Source: Nanobdellota archaeon (lineage in GTDB: Archaea; Nanobdellota; Nanobdellia; Woesearchaeales; UBA10107). Taken from it: a DNA stretch of 64,000 nt. The notes beneath the pieces are model-generated. The model ran no database searches and was not told where the DNA came from. It saw only the letters and a program-made list of their open reading frames with translations. The DNA is taken from positions 109,878-173,877 of the forward strand of contig JBHPFU010000002.1 of NCBI GenBank assembly GCA_042571125.1, in the 5' to 3' direction. This document shows, piece by piece, positions 19,660-28,852 of this stretch. Position 1 is the stretch's first letter. Every line of letters starts with the position of its first letter. Position numbers and translations under genes: made by a program.

Positions 19660-20289
19660 ATGAAAGCTCTTACCCAGGTTGAATCTGATAAGCTAATTAG
19701 GAGTTATGCGCCCCTTGCAAGAAGCCTTTTAACAAATAACGTATCTGAAGCTTTAAGATTTTCTGATAATTTTCCTTTAGTTTTGAAGATTATATCCCCC
19801 GATGCTATTCATAAAACAGATATCTGCGGAGTTACGATTGTTAACAGCAAAGAAGGGCTGGAAAAATCTTATTCTGAACTTGTAGAAAACTCTAAAAAAA
19901 GAGGATTAAAGTTAAATGGGATTCTTGTACAGGAATTTGTCAAGGGCCAAGAACTAATAATTGGTCTAAAAAATGATCAGACTTTCGGTCATGTTATTCT
20001 GTTAGGTATTGGCGGTGTTTTAGTAGAGGTTTTAGATGATGTTTCATTCAGAGTGTGCCCAATAACAGAAGATGATGCTGAATCAATGATTAATGATTTG
20101 AAAGCAAAAGATGTTCTGCTTAAACCAAGAGATCACAAGAAGATTAATCTCGGATTGCTAAAGAAAACTCTTGTTTCAGTATCTAAGATTCCTTCAAAGC
20201 ACAAGAATATTGAAGAACTTGACATAAATCCTTTTGTTCTGAATGACAAAGAAGGAAAAGTAGCTGATGCTAGGATTGTGTTGGGATGA
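19660..20289 (+). CDS. ADP-forming acetyl-CoA synthetase beta subunit (ATP-grasp domain).
   Basis: 209 aa ATP-grasp_5-like protein. Divergently arranged with the alpha subunit. Confidence 0.6.
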   Translation: MKALTQVESDKLIRSYAPLARSLLTNNVSEALRFSDNFPLVLKIISPDAIHKTDICGVTIVNSKEGLEKSYSELVENSKKRGLKLNGILVQEFVKGQELIIGLKNDQTFGHVILLGIGGVLVEVLDDVSFRVCPITEDDAESMINDLKAKDVLLKPRDHKKINLGLLKKTLVSVSKIPSKHKNIEELDINPFVLNDKEGKVADARIVLG

Positions 20290-21044
20290 AAGAGAAAGTA
20301 TTTTTTGGGAACAAAAAAGGAAAAAAGCTTTGTGGAATAATATCTGACCCAACAGAGGATAAAGAAAAACCGATCATTATTTTAGTTCATGGACTTAGTT
20401 CAGGTAAAGACGGACGTACATTTACTACATTAGAACAAACTCTTAATGAAAAAGAAATCTCTATATTCAGATTTGATCTGCATGGCCATGGAGAAAGCGA
20501 AGGAAAATTTGAAGATGTAACTGTTTCTGAGGCTGTTGATGATATTTTGAATGCTATTGACTTCTTAAAGGGTCTTGGTTATTCAAAAATAGGGTTGGTT
20601 GGTTCAAGTTTTGGAGGGATCTCTGCGATGGGTGCTGCTTCAAAATCAAAAGACGTATTTGTTCTTGCTTTGAAAGCTCCCGCTATAAATATAAAAGAAA
20701 AAGGGGGCCCAAATGTAGAAGACAGATTGGAAGATTGGAAGAAAAAAGGATACAGCAATTATGTTAGTGGCAGTCAGGGTAAGTTAAAGTTAAACTATAC
20801 GTTTATGGAAGATGCAGAAAAGCATAACGGTTATGATGTTGCTAAGGATATCAAAATTCCGGTTTTGATTGTTCATGGAGACCAAGACGATGCTGTTCCT
20901 ATTGAACAAAGCATAAAAGCTGCAGATATTCTTGAAAACGGACAATTAGAGATTCTTAAAGGAACAGGCCATGATTTTAAACCTATTGAAAACTTTGAAA
21001 AGTTAATAGAATTGATTTCTGAATTTATAACCAAACATTCATAA
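20286..21044 (+). CDS. Alpha/beta-hydrolase (dienelactone hydrolase / S9-like).
   Basis: Nucleophile elbow GSSFGG, and HGxxD near the C-terminus. Confidence 0.7.
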   Translation: MKEKVFFGNKKGKKLCGIISDPTEDKEKPIIILVHGLSSGKDGRTFTTLEQTLNEKEISIFRFDLHGHGESEGKFEDVTVSEAVDDILNAIDFLKGLGYSKIGLVGSSFGGISAMGAASKSKDVFVLALKAPAINIKEKGGPNVEDRLEDWKKKGYSNYVSGSQGKLKLNYTFMEDAEKHNGYDVAKDIKIPVLIVHGDQDDAVPIEQSIKAADILENGQLEILKGTGHDFKPIENFEKLIELISEFITKHS

Positions 21045-21045
21045 T

Positions 21046-21081
21046 AAAAAAAGAAAAAACTTCACACCAAGCGGTGTGAAG
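21046..21081 (-). terminator. Stem-loop with an oligo-T tract downstream of ftsZ, read on the minus strand. A second hairpin lies at 21088-21123.
   Basis: Perfect 9-bp inverted repeat CTTCACACC-aagc-GGTGTGAAG, followed on the minus strand by TTTTTTCTTTTTTT. The second inverted repeat is GCCTTCATT..AATGAAGGC. Confidence 0.55.
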
Positions 21082-21139
21082 GTTCTGGCCTTCATTAATC
21101 GTTGGGGGTGGTTAAATGAAGGCTAAGAAAAAACGATCT

Positions 21140-22270
21140 TCATCTGACCATTTCTATTCCTAGTTCCGTACTAATCTGAGAAGATTGTGCGGTAGGAGTT
21201 CTGTGGTCTGTTTTCCCTAGAATCCAGGGGGATTTAACACCAGTAATGATGGTCATTATGGTGATCTTTCCTTTCATTTCTTCAGCAACACGTGCTCCCC
21301 AGATGATATTCGCATCTGGATCCATTGCTTCTGTTACCATTTCTCCAATTCTGTTGATATCGTCAAGAGTCATATCAGGACCGCCACATACGTGGATGAT
21401 CGCTCCTGTTGCTCCCTCGTAATTGATATCTAACAGTGGGTTGCTTAGTGCTCCTTTAACTGCTTCATCTACTTTATTGTTTGTGTCAGAAGCGCCTACA
21501 CCAATCGCAGCTACGCCACCATTTGTCATGATAGCTTTAACATCTGCATAGTCTAGGTTTACTAAGCTTGGAATTGCGATTGTTTCAACAATTCCTTTAA
21601 TCATTGTTGAGATTAGTTCGTTTGCAACAGCAAATGCCTGTTTAACTGGCAAATTACCTGCGATGTTTGCTAATCTATTATTGTCAATAACAATTACAGT
21701 ATCTGAAACCTCTCTTAATTGTTGAAGTCCAAATTCTGCTTTGTCGATTCTTGCTCTTTCGATATTGAAAGGCATTGTAACTGTTCCGATTACAATTGCT
21801 CCTGATTCTTTAGCAAGTTGAGCAACAACCGGTGCAGCACCTGTTCCTGTTCCGCCGCCCATTCCAGCGCAAACAAATACCATGTCTGCCTGCTTAAGAG
21901 ATTCTCTTATGCTCTGGATGCTTTCTTTAGCAGCTTCCTCTCCTTTTTGAGGATATCCTCCACATCCAAGCCCTCTTGTAAGGTCTCTTCCGATTAGGAA
22001 TTTCTTATCTGCCTCTGTGACAGCAAGATGTTGTTGGTCAGTGTTACAAGCGATAATTTCAGCGCCATCTACACTCTTTTTGGAGAGCCAGTCAATCATA
22101 TTATTTCCTGCTCCTCCTACTCCCATTACCTTTATATTTGCCTGGCTTAACTCTACGCCAGACTCTTCCATTTGTTTATCCTTTTTCTCAGCCGTTTCCA
22201 TTGCGTTTTGCATGATGAAGTCCATTTTTTCTGCCCCCTTTTTAGGTTTTTTTTTGAATGTGGATAGCAC
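21140..22270 (-). CDS. ftsZ: Cell-division GTPase FtsZ.
   Basis: Tubulin signature GMGGGTGTGAAP. 376 aa. Confidence 0.95.
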   Translation of the reverse strand: MLSTFKKKPKKGAEKMDFIMQNAMETAEKKDKQMEESGVELSQANIKVMGVGGAGNNMIDWLSKKSVDGAEIIACNTDQQHLAVTEADKKFLIGRDLTRGLGCGGYPQKGEEAAKESIQSIRESLKQADMVFVCAGMGGGTGTGAAPVVAQLAKESGAIVIGTVTMPFNIERARIDKAEFGLQQLREVSDTVIVIDNNRLANIAGNLPVKQAFAVANELISTMIKGIVETIAIPSLVNLDYADVKAIMTNGGVAAIGVGASDTNNKVDEAVKGALSNPLLDINYEGATGAIIHVCGGPDMTLDDINRIGEMVTEAMDPDANIIWGARVAEEMKGKITIMTIITGVKSPWILGKTDHRTPTAQSSQISTELGIEMVR

Positions 22271-22525
22271 AAACCGAAATCTTTAAATACTAGTTTATAC
22301 TATACTCTTATTTAGAATTCGCCAAAATTCGATCAAACACGGGTTCGCCAAAACTCAGTGTTTCAATTTCTTTTATTATCTTATCAACATATAAAAGCAT
22401 TTCTGGATTATGAAATATATATTGGAGTATACACATTGGTATACTGGGGGCTTAATTCACCAATCTTCAGCAATTACAGCCTTTCTAAAGGTTTTTAAAT
22501 AACCTATTATTCTGTAGTCACCAAC

Positions 22526-23239
22526 ATGACACTATATTTGATAGGAATTGGACTAAATGATGAAAAAGACATTACTTTGAAAGGTCTTGAGATAGTCAAA
22601 AAATGCTCAAAAGTTTTTCTAGAAAGCTATACTTCTATACTTCAGATTGATATATCCAAATTAGAAGAATTATACGGCAAAAAGGTGATTTTAGCAGACA
22701 GAGAGCTTGTCGAGAAAAACTCGGATGAAATACTTTCTGGAGAAGATGTTGCCTTTTTAGTTATTGGTGATGCTCTATCCGCAACAACTCATGTTGATCT
22801 TATGGAAAGAGCTAAGGAAAAAAACATTAATGTAGAAGTAATTCACAATGCTGCGGTCTTAACTGCAGTTGGTGTTACAGGTTTACAGCTCTATAAGTTT
22901 GGAAAAACAACTTCGATTCCATTCCATGATGCAGTAACTCCTTGCAGAATAATAAAAGAGAATCAAAGCATTGGTGCGCACACATTATGTTTATTGGATT
23001 TAGATCCAATCAATAATAAATTCCTAACAATAAAAGAAGGGATTGATAAATTAATAGAAGGGGGATTTAAAGAAGATACTCTCTGTGTTGGATGTGCGCG
23101 TCTTGGTTCAAAAGATTTTGTTGTTAAAACTGGAACTGCTAAAGAATTAAAAGAATTTGAATTTGGTTCTGCACCATACTGTTTAATTGTTCCAGGCGAT
23201 TTGCATTTTGTTGAAGAAGAAATAATAAAAAATTACTGA
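22526..23239 (+). CDS. dph5: Diphthine synthase (Dph5).
   Basis: MTLYLIGIGL..tetrapyrrole-methylase fold. 237 aa. TATA TTTTTAAAT at 22492-22500. Confidence 0.85.
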   Translation: MTLYLIGIGLNDEKDITLKGLEIVKKCSKVFLESYTSILQIDISKLEELYGKKVILADRELVEKNSDEILSGEDVAFLVIGDALSATTHVDLMERAKEKNINVEVIHNAAVLTAVGVTGLQLYKFGKTTSIPFHDAVTPCRIIKENQSIGAHTLCLLDLDPINNKFLTIKEGIDKLIEGGFKEDTLCVGCARLGSKDFVVKTGTAKELKEFEFGSAPYCLIVPGDLHFVEEEIIKNY

Positions 23240-23598
23240 CAAATCCCGTTCTTACATTCGTTCTCGCATCTAAAGTTCTGGCTTCTTGGTTGTCCGTCTT
23301 CGCAGTAGTACTCAATTAAGTAAACAAAACCAAGACAGTCGTCGGTATTATCAAAAGAAGTTCCATCTATCCAAGCTCCTGTTATTCCTCCTCTTGTTGT
23401 TTCATCAATTCCAGAATCTGAATCTGAGCATTCTGTTGCGATCATCTCTTTTGATGTTGAGGCAGGTGTTTCTTGTACTGCCGATGTTTCTTCAGAAGTG
23501 ATTGGTTCTGAAACAATCTCAGTTTTTGTACATCCTAATAGAAGAACAGTCAAAATGATTAATAGCCACGCTCTTTTCATAATGACTATTATATCCAA
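23233..23598 (-). CDS. Small secreted/lipoprotein-like Cys-rich protein.
   Basis: Signal peptide with lipobox LLLGCTK. 7 Cys in the mature part. Confidence 0.5.
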   Translation of the reverse strand: MDIIVIMKRAWLLIILTVLLLGCTKTEIVSEPITSEETSAVQETPASTSKEMIATECSDSDSGIDETTRGGITGAWIDGTSFDNTDDCLGFVYLIEYYCEDGQPRSQNFRCENECKNGICQ

Positions 23599-23667
23599 CT
23601 TATATATATAGTTTTCTGCCTATTTTTAAAAACTTTTATAAATCAACTTAATCTTAATTTTTCATAT

Positions 23668-23740
23668 AGCCCCGTGGTGTAGTGGCCAATCATCTAGGAT
23701 TTTGGGTCCTGGGACCGCGGTTCAAATCCGCGCGGGGCTA
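23668..23740 (+). tRNA. tRNA-Gln (UUG).
   Basis: Acceptor AGCCCCG/CGGGGCT, anticodon stem TAGGA/TCCTG with loop TTTTGGG, T-arm CGCGG-TTCAAAT-CCGCG. TATA TTTTATAAAT lies about 28 bp upstream. Confidence 0.8.
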
Positions 23741-23777
23741 CTATTTTAAATATCAGTTCTTTCTTAGAAGCCTACGC

Positions 23778-23894
23778 AGCCCCGTGGTGTAGTGGCCAAT
23801 CATAACCGGTTCTGGACCTGTTGACCGCGGTTCAAATATTTGCGCCTGGAGCGACAATGCTCTGAACGTCAGTGAGAAAGTCCGCGCGGGGCTA
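23778..23894 (+). tRNA. tRNA-Gln (CUG) with a roughly 44-nt intron at a non-canonical position in the T-arm (about 23838-23881).
   Basis: The 5' 60 nt are nearly identical to the upstream tRNA-Gln except for anticodon loop TTCTGGA. The T-loop TTCAAAT is followed by an insert, then the 3' T-stem and acceptor strand CCGCGCGGGGCTA. Confidence 0.7.
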
Positions 23895-23937
23895 TTTTTC
23901 AGTTAAATTTATAATTTCTGTATATTTAACAGGCAAT

Positions 23938-24555
23938 ATGAAAGAGGTGTTTAAGAAAGAGAATTATCCTAAGCTTTTGCTTTACATATTCTTAATCTAC
24001 TGGATAATAATGGGGATCTCTCCCCATTATCGTGGAGCGTGGATTAGTGAGAATCTTTTAACAGTATTCTTTGTCGGACTTTTAATCTTAACATATAAAA
24101 AGTTTAGATTCTCTAACTTAAGTTACACTTTATTTTTCATATTTTTGGTATTGCATGTTATAGGAAGTTATTATTCTTATACAGAAATGCCTTTGTTTAA
24201 TTTAATCAAAGACTGGATGAATCTTAGCAGGAATCATTATGATCGCGTAATACATTTCTTATTCGGGGTTATGTTTTTCGTTCCTGTCTATGAATTTTTA
24301 TCTAAGAAATTCAAGATAAAGGATTTCTGGGGATACTTGCTAACATTTTTAGTGATTACCGCTGCAAAAGGCAGTTATGAGATTATAGAGTATTTAACTA
24401 TCTTTGTTGTTAACCAGGAATTGCTTGTTACAAATTTTCTAGGAATGCAAGGCGACAAATGGGACTCGCAAAAAGATTTAATTTTGGGTATGCTCGGCTC
24501 AGGGTTTGTTTGGCTAACAATATGGATAAAAACTCGTTTTAAGAAGCGTAATTAA
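23938..24555 (+). CDS. Integral membrane protein (YjdF/DUF2238-like).
   Basis: Multiple transmembrane helices. The track ORF start at 23872 overlaps the tRNA, so ATG 23938 is preferred, with a TATA about 25 bp upstream. Confidence 0.55.
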   Translation: MKEVFKKENYPKLLLYIFLIYWIIMGISPHYRGAWISENLLTVFFVGLLILTYKKFRFSNLSYTLFFIFLVLHVIGSYYSYTEMPLFNLIKDWMNLSRNHYDRVIHFLFGVMFFVPVYEFLSKKFKIKDFWGYLLTFLVITAAKGSYEIIEYLTIFVVNQELLVTNFLGMQGDKWDSQKDLILGMLGSGFVWLTIWIKTRFKKRN

Positions 24556-24919
24556 GAGCTAATCTGCTTGGTTTTGTTGGTTCTCGCATAGGTATTACAA
24601 TAATATCAGATTTTGGATGATTAACTCCGTAGTTCATTCTGATAAATGAATAGAACTTACTAAGTTCTTTAAGACTAAATCCGGAATAGTGTTTTTGATA
24701 TCTCCCAAACGCAGCAGAGTATCTTGGATGTTTTTGATTTGATTCCATAACAATAGCTAGGTCAGAAAGAAGCCCTTCTAATCTTGGTTTCAGCCTGTGT
24801 TTAAGGCTATTTTTAAGGGTATCTGTGATTGTTTTGAACTCATCATTATCCTTTAAGCTATAGAAAAATTGATGGCTTTCATAAAGCTCAAACAAACTAT
24901 CTGGTGTTTTTTCTGCCAT
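24539..24919 (-). CDS. Hypothetical protein (126 aa), divergent from the primase operon.
   Basis: ORF only. Confidence 0.4.
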   Translation of the reverse strand: MAEKTPDSLFELYESHQFFYSLKDNDEFKTITDTLKNSLKHRLKPRLEGLLSDLAIVMESNQKHPRYSAAFGRYQKHYSGFSLKELSKFYSFIRMNYGVNHPKSDIIVIPMREPTKPSRLALNYAS

Positions 24920-24987
24920 TTATACTGCCCCAACTATAGTTTGGGTCATAACAATCTATATAAAGTTTTATCTACTCCAGAATAGGT

Positions 24988-26805
24988 ATGGGGTGGCAGG
25001 ATTCTTTATCTACAGAGACGATTGCAAATATTAGAAGTCTGAATATCTCGTGGATTATTGACAATTTTGTTCCGGGCCATAAGATGGTTCAAACAGAAGG
25101 AGCATATACTGGCCCATGTCCGATTCATAAAGGAAAAAAGACAGAGTTTGCAGCAAGAAATAATTACTTTACTTGTTTTAAATGTGGAGAAAAAGGGGAT
25201 GGCATTGATTTTGTGCAGGCACTAAAAAGCATAGACGGACTTAATGCTGCAAAACTGATAAGCAAAGCTGCAGATATTCCTTTTGAAACAGCAACAAGTG
25301 AACATGACGCATTAACAAGAGAATTAATGTATCAGATACATGAAGATTCTGCAGAGTACTATCGCAAAAATCTTTCTGTAAGTTCAAAAGATAAAAAAGA
25401 TGCATTGGACTATCTTCTTTCAAGAGTTAGTGAACAATCAATAAGAGAATGGGGTCTTGGATTTGCACCAAGAATGGGCTTATCTAGTTTTCTTATAGAA
25501 AAAGGGCACGATGCTGATTTAGTATCTCGATTAGGGCTTAGAGTAAAATCAGAAGATAGAGGAAACTGGTATGATTTCTTCAGAAACAGAATTATGTTTC
25601 CTATTAAAAATGAAAGAGGCAAAGTTGTTGGGTTTGCAGGGAGAGATATTGAAAAAGATCCAAGAATAAAATATATGAACAGCAGAGAGAGCGAAATCTA
25701 TAGAAAATCAGAGTGTCTTTTTGGAATTGACAAGGCAATAAGAGACATACGTATAAAAAAACAAGTAATCGTTATGGAAGGGTATATGGATGTTATAGCA
25801 GCGCATGAAAATGGAATTGAAAACTGCGTGGCTGTTGCCGGAACTGCTCTAAATTATGGATTAATAAGAACATTATCAAGATATGCAAGAGACATAACTC
25901 TTTGTTTTGATCCAGATGCTGCAGGATGGACTGCAACAGAAAGGATTGGTAAGACTGCATTATCAGAAAAGGTAGCAATCAACATTGTGGATCTTGGGCA
26001 TGGTGACCCCGACGAATTTCTAAAAGAATATGGCAAGAAGAAATTCTTATCTGCAATAAAAAACGGTGTGAATCCTATTGAATTTATTTTAGAACGTAAA
26101 GGATTAAAGAAAATAAAAGGGATTGATAACCGATGTTTGGCAGTACGGGATCTTTATCCAGTAATCGATTCTACAACTGATCCTGCACAGAAATCTGCCT
26201 GGCTGGAATACATTGCTAAAGAGCTAAAGATAAATTCTAGGGCGCTTAACAAAAGCTATAACTTGCATGTAAGAGAACTCGCAGGTTATCAGAACGGAAG
26301 ACCTATCGAACAATATTTTCTTGGATTTCTTACATCTAACACAACACATAGAATGCGTGCGAAAGAAAAATTCATACGAGAGAATTTTTCAAGACCGGAA
26401 TATGGCCTGTATTTTGAATTTCTCTGCTTTGATGAAGAAGCAAAAGATGTTGTTTATAATCCTGACCTGCAGATGGACGAGAATTCTTTGTTTACCAAAG
26501 TTCAATTGAGCGACTTGCTTGATAAATTTAAAAGTTATTGTAAAGAAAGAAAGATAATTCTTCGTCAAACTCAGCTGGGAAATCTTGAAGGTATGCTTTT
26601 GAGTTCTACAAACGAAATTTCTGACTTTGTAAGGCAAATGGAGATGCAGGTTCTGGCAGATAAACTGGAATATAAAAAAGGTCTTATAAAAAAACTTGAG
26701 AGAGAAAGTGCAGATCACTCTCTTATTCCTAACCTTGTGGTTGAGTACAATAAATTACATAGTAAATACGAATCACTAAAACATTATATTAATCAGGGTG
26801 TTTAA
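24988..26805 (+). CDS. Bacterial-type DnaG-like primase with an N-terminal CHC2 zinc finger, a TOPRIM domain and an unknown C-terminal domain.
   Basis: Zinc-finger motif CPIHKGKKTEFAARNNYFTCFKCGEKGDGIDFV. TOPRIM Glu in VIVMEGYMDVIAAH and DxD in LCFDPDAAG. TATA TCTATATAAAG about 28 bp upstream, consistent with a leaderless transcript. Confidence 0.8.
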   Translation: MGWQDSLSTETIANIRSLNISWIIDNFVPGHKMVQTEGAYTGPCPIHKGKKTEFAARNNYFTCFKCGEKGDGIDFVQALKSIDGLNAAKLISKAADIPFETATSEHDALTRELMYQIHEDSAEYYRKNLSVSSKDKKDALDYLLSRVSEQSIREWGLGFAPRMGLSSFLIEKGHDADLVSRLGLRVKSEDRGNWYDFFRNRIMFPIKNERGKVVGFAGRDIEKDPRIKYMNSRESEIYRKSECLFGIDKAIRDIRIKKQVIVMEGYMDVIAAHENGIENCVAVAGTALNYGLIRTLSRYARDITLCFDPDAAGWTATERIGKTALSEKVAINIVDLGHGDPDEFLKEYGKKKFLSAIKNGVNPIEFILERKGLKKIKGIDNRCLAVRDLYPVIDSTTDPAQKSAWLEYIAKELKINSRALNKSYNLHVRELAGYQNGRPIEQYFLGFLTSNTTHRMRAKEKFIRENFSRPEYGLYFEFLCFDEEAKDVVYNPDLQMDENSLFTKVQLSDLLDKFKSYCKERKIILRQTQLGNLEGMLLSSTNEISDFVRQMEMQVLADKLEYKKGLIKKLERESADHSLIPNLVVEYNKLHSKYESLKHYINQGV

Positions 26806-28852
26806 GATTATCAGAAAGTTAACAAAAGAGGAAAAACGAGAAATAGCGGGTAAGACGAGAAGGGCGGGTTATTCTTCTAAAAAAAATATTGCGATTGGTG
26901 AGCTATACCGACATAACAGAGGATTATACAATTATTTAAAAAGAAGGGGGAGGTCTATTGGAACTAATAATATTTCTCATTTATTGACTGAGTCTGGATT
27001 TGATGCGGGGCAAACAAGAGACATAAGAGCAGAATTAATTAAAGAACTTAAGAACGAGTTCCCTTTGTCAAGAGTACGAGAAATTGTTAAAAGAGGACCT
27101 CAGACTCCGAAAAAGAGCGGATTGATTTCACTTAAAAAAGTAATCTGCAGGTATAAGTCTAAAAGAGTGAAATGTAAAGATTTGCCACCTACACGAAAAA
27201 TAATTGATTCTTTATATGCACAACATCCTCACTTATCGTTTTATTTGACAGGCCAAGTAAAAGCAGGAGATTTTACGCCCACTGAGATGGGTTCAACATT
27301 AAGAGATGTGTACTTCACAGGTGGAGATATTTCCTGCACAGGATTGCAACAACGTGAATTTGGTCTTTATTGGAGATGGTTAACTGCTCATGCAAAAATG
27401 CAAAGCGAAAATCTATTCGGTCAAGATAAAAGAAATCTAACAAAGATTGTTGAAGAGTTATCCAACATACGTGCTGCTGACTTTTCAATAAAACATGCAA
27501 AAGAAACAAAAACTCTTGGAAACATAAGCGAGAATCTTACAAGAACTATTCTTTGGTCTACACTTGTTTTAGATCAGTTCGGAAAAAGGCAAACTAACGC
27601 ATTCAAAAGATGCTACCCCTTGCCTTTTTCCGATATTTTTCCAGTATACGGAAGAGAACAAGGATTAAAGTGCGAACACGCACCAGCACAGGAAGGAGAT
27701 AAAGAACTTTATGCAGATGCGGTTATTAGATCACTTGATGAGTTATGTTATGTAGAAGTTAAGAATTTTACAACTGCTCACGGTAATGTTTTATCAGAAT
27801 TAAAGGGGAAAATATGTTCAGAAAGAGTTTTGTTTTGGAATAAAGGAGACAGGGATGTAACAAGAAAGACTTTAGTTGTACATTCAACAGATAAAGTCTA
27901 CAGAGACGTTGTTGATTCTTTAAAAGGAGAAGATCTTTCTTTTGTTTCGCCTTCTGAATTCAGAAAAAGTCTTGAAATAACATTACGAGATTTGGAAAGC
28001 AGCGGGTATACAACACCGCAGGTTTATTCTGCTGAACAAATTCTAAAAGCGTATGATATCATTGCTGAACGTCCGCATATTTTAATCCGACCGAGTCATG
28101 AACAGGAATTTAAATTTATCAATGACGTTACAAAAGATCTGCTTACAAAACTTCAAAGAGGATACCGAGCAAATGGTTACAAACCAATAACTGTCTTCTC
28201 AAGAAAAGGAAGATTAATAGAAAATAGTGAAGGGACATTCCAATTATTTAAACTGCCCCTACAAAATTTGCCTGATTCAAATGTCAAGGCACAGGTTATG
28301 AAAAGAATGGATGATCTTCATCCTGGAAAATTATTCATGGACATTGAAACCATGGGTTTTCATGGAAAACAGATCTTCCTTATCGGAACAATGTACAATT
28401 CAGGAAGAGATATAACTGCAGAGCTTGCTTTTGCAAGGAATCCATTAGAAGAACGGGCAGTGCTAAAACACTTCTGTGCTCAGGCACAGAATTATGATGA
28501 AGTAATAACCTATAACGGGAAAAGCTTTGATTATCCTGCAATTAAAAAAAGGCTTGTTTCAAACAGGATGAGCGATACCCTCCCAGATAAACACACTGAC
28601 TATTATCGCGTATTAATGAAAACCGGAATATATAAAAAGACAAACTCTGCAAGGCTTTCGGAACTATATAAGTTATTTGGGGAAGAAAGGGAAGATATCA
28701 GCAGCGCAGAAGTCCCTCAGAGATATCTGGACTGGATGAAGCACGGGTCAGCAGAGGCAATAAATGATGAGATTGAACATAACGTGCTCGATCTGCTCAC
28801 AATGGCAGCAGTTTACTTATCACCAAATCTTTTGAAAGGCAGGAAGATATAA
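26798..28852 (+). CDS. 684-aa protein with a novel N-terminal roughly 480 aa and a C-terminal RNase H-fold 3'-5' exonuclease domain of the YprB/COG3359 (RNase_H_2) type.
   Basis: GTG start overlapping the primase stop by 8 nt. C-terminal motifs MDIETMGF, ITYNGKSFDYPAIKKRL and EIEHNVLDL. No Walker A motif. Confidence 0.65.
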   Translation: MFKIIRKLTKEEKREIAGKTRRAGYSSKKNIAIGELYRHNRGLYNYLKRRGRSIGTNNISHLLTESGFDAGQTRDIRAELIKELKNEFPLSRVREIVKRGPQTPKKSGLISLKKVICRYKSKRVKCKDLPPTRKIIDSLYAQHPHLSFYLTGQVKAGDFTPTEMGSTLRDVYFTGGDISCTGLQQREFGLYWRWLTAHAKMQSENLFGQDKRNLTKIVEELSNIRAADFSIKHAKETKTLGNISENLTRTILWSTLVLDQFGKRQTNAFKRCYPLPFSDIFPVYGREQGLKCEHAPAQEGDKELYADAVIRSLDELCYVEVKNFTTAHGNVLSELKGKICSERVLFWNKGDRDVTRKTLVVHSTDKVYRDVVDSLKGEDLSFVSPSEFRKSLEITLRDLESSGYTTPQVYSAEQILKAYDIIAERPHILIRPSHEQEFKFINDVTKDLLTKLQRGYRANGYKPITVFSRKGRLIENSEGTFQLFKLPLQNLPDSNVKAQVMKRMDDLHPGKLFMDIETMGFHGKQIFLIGTMYNSGRDITAELAFARNPLEERAVLKHFCAQAQNYDEVITYNGKSFDYPAIKKRLVSNRMSDTLPDKHTDYYRVLMKTGIYKKTNSARLSELYKLFGEEREDISSAEVPQRYLDWMKHGSAEAINDEIEHNVLDLLTMAAVYLSPNLLKGRKI

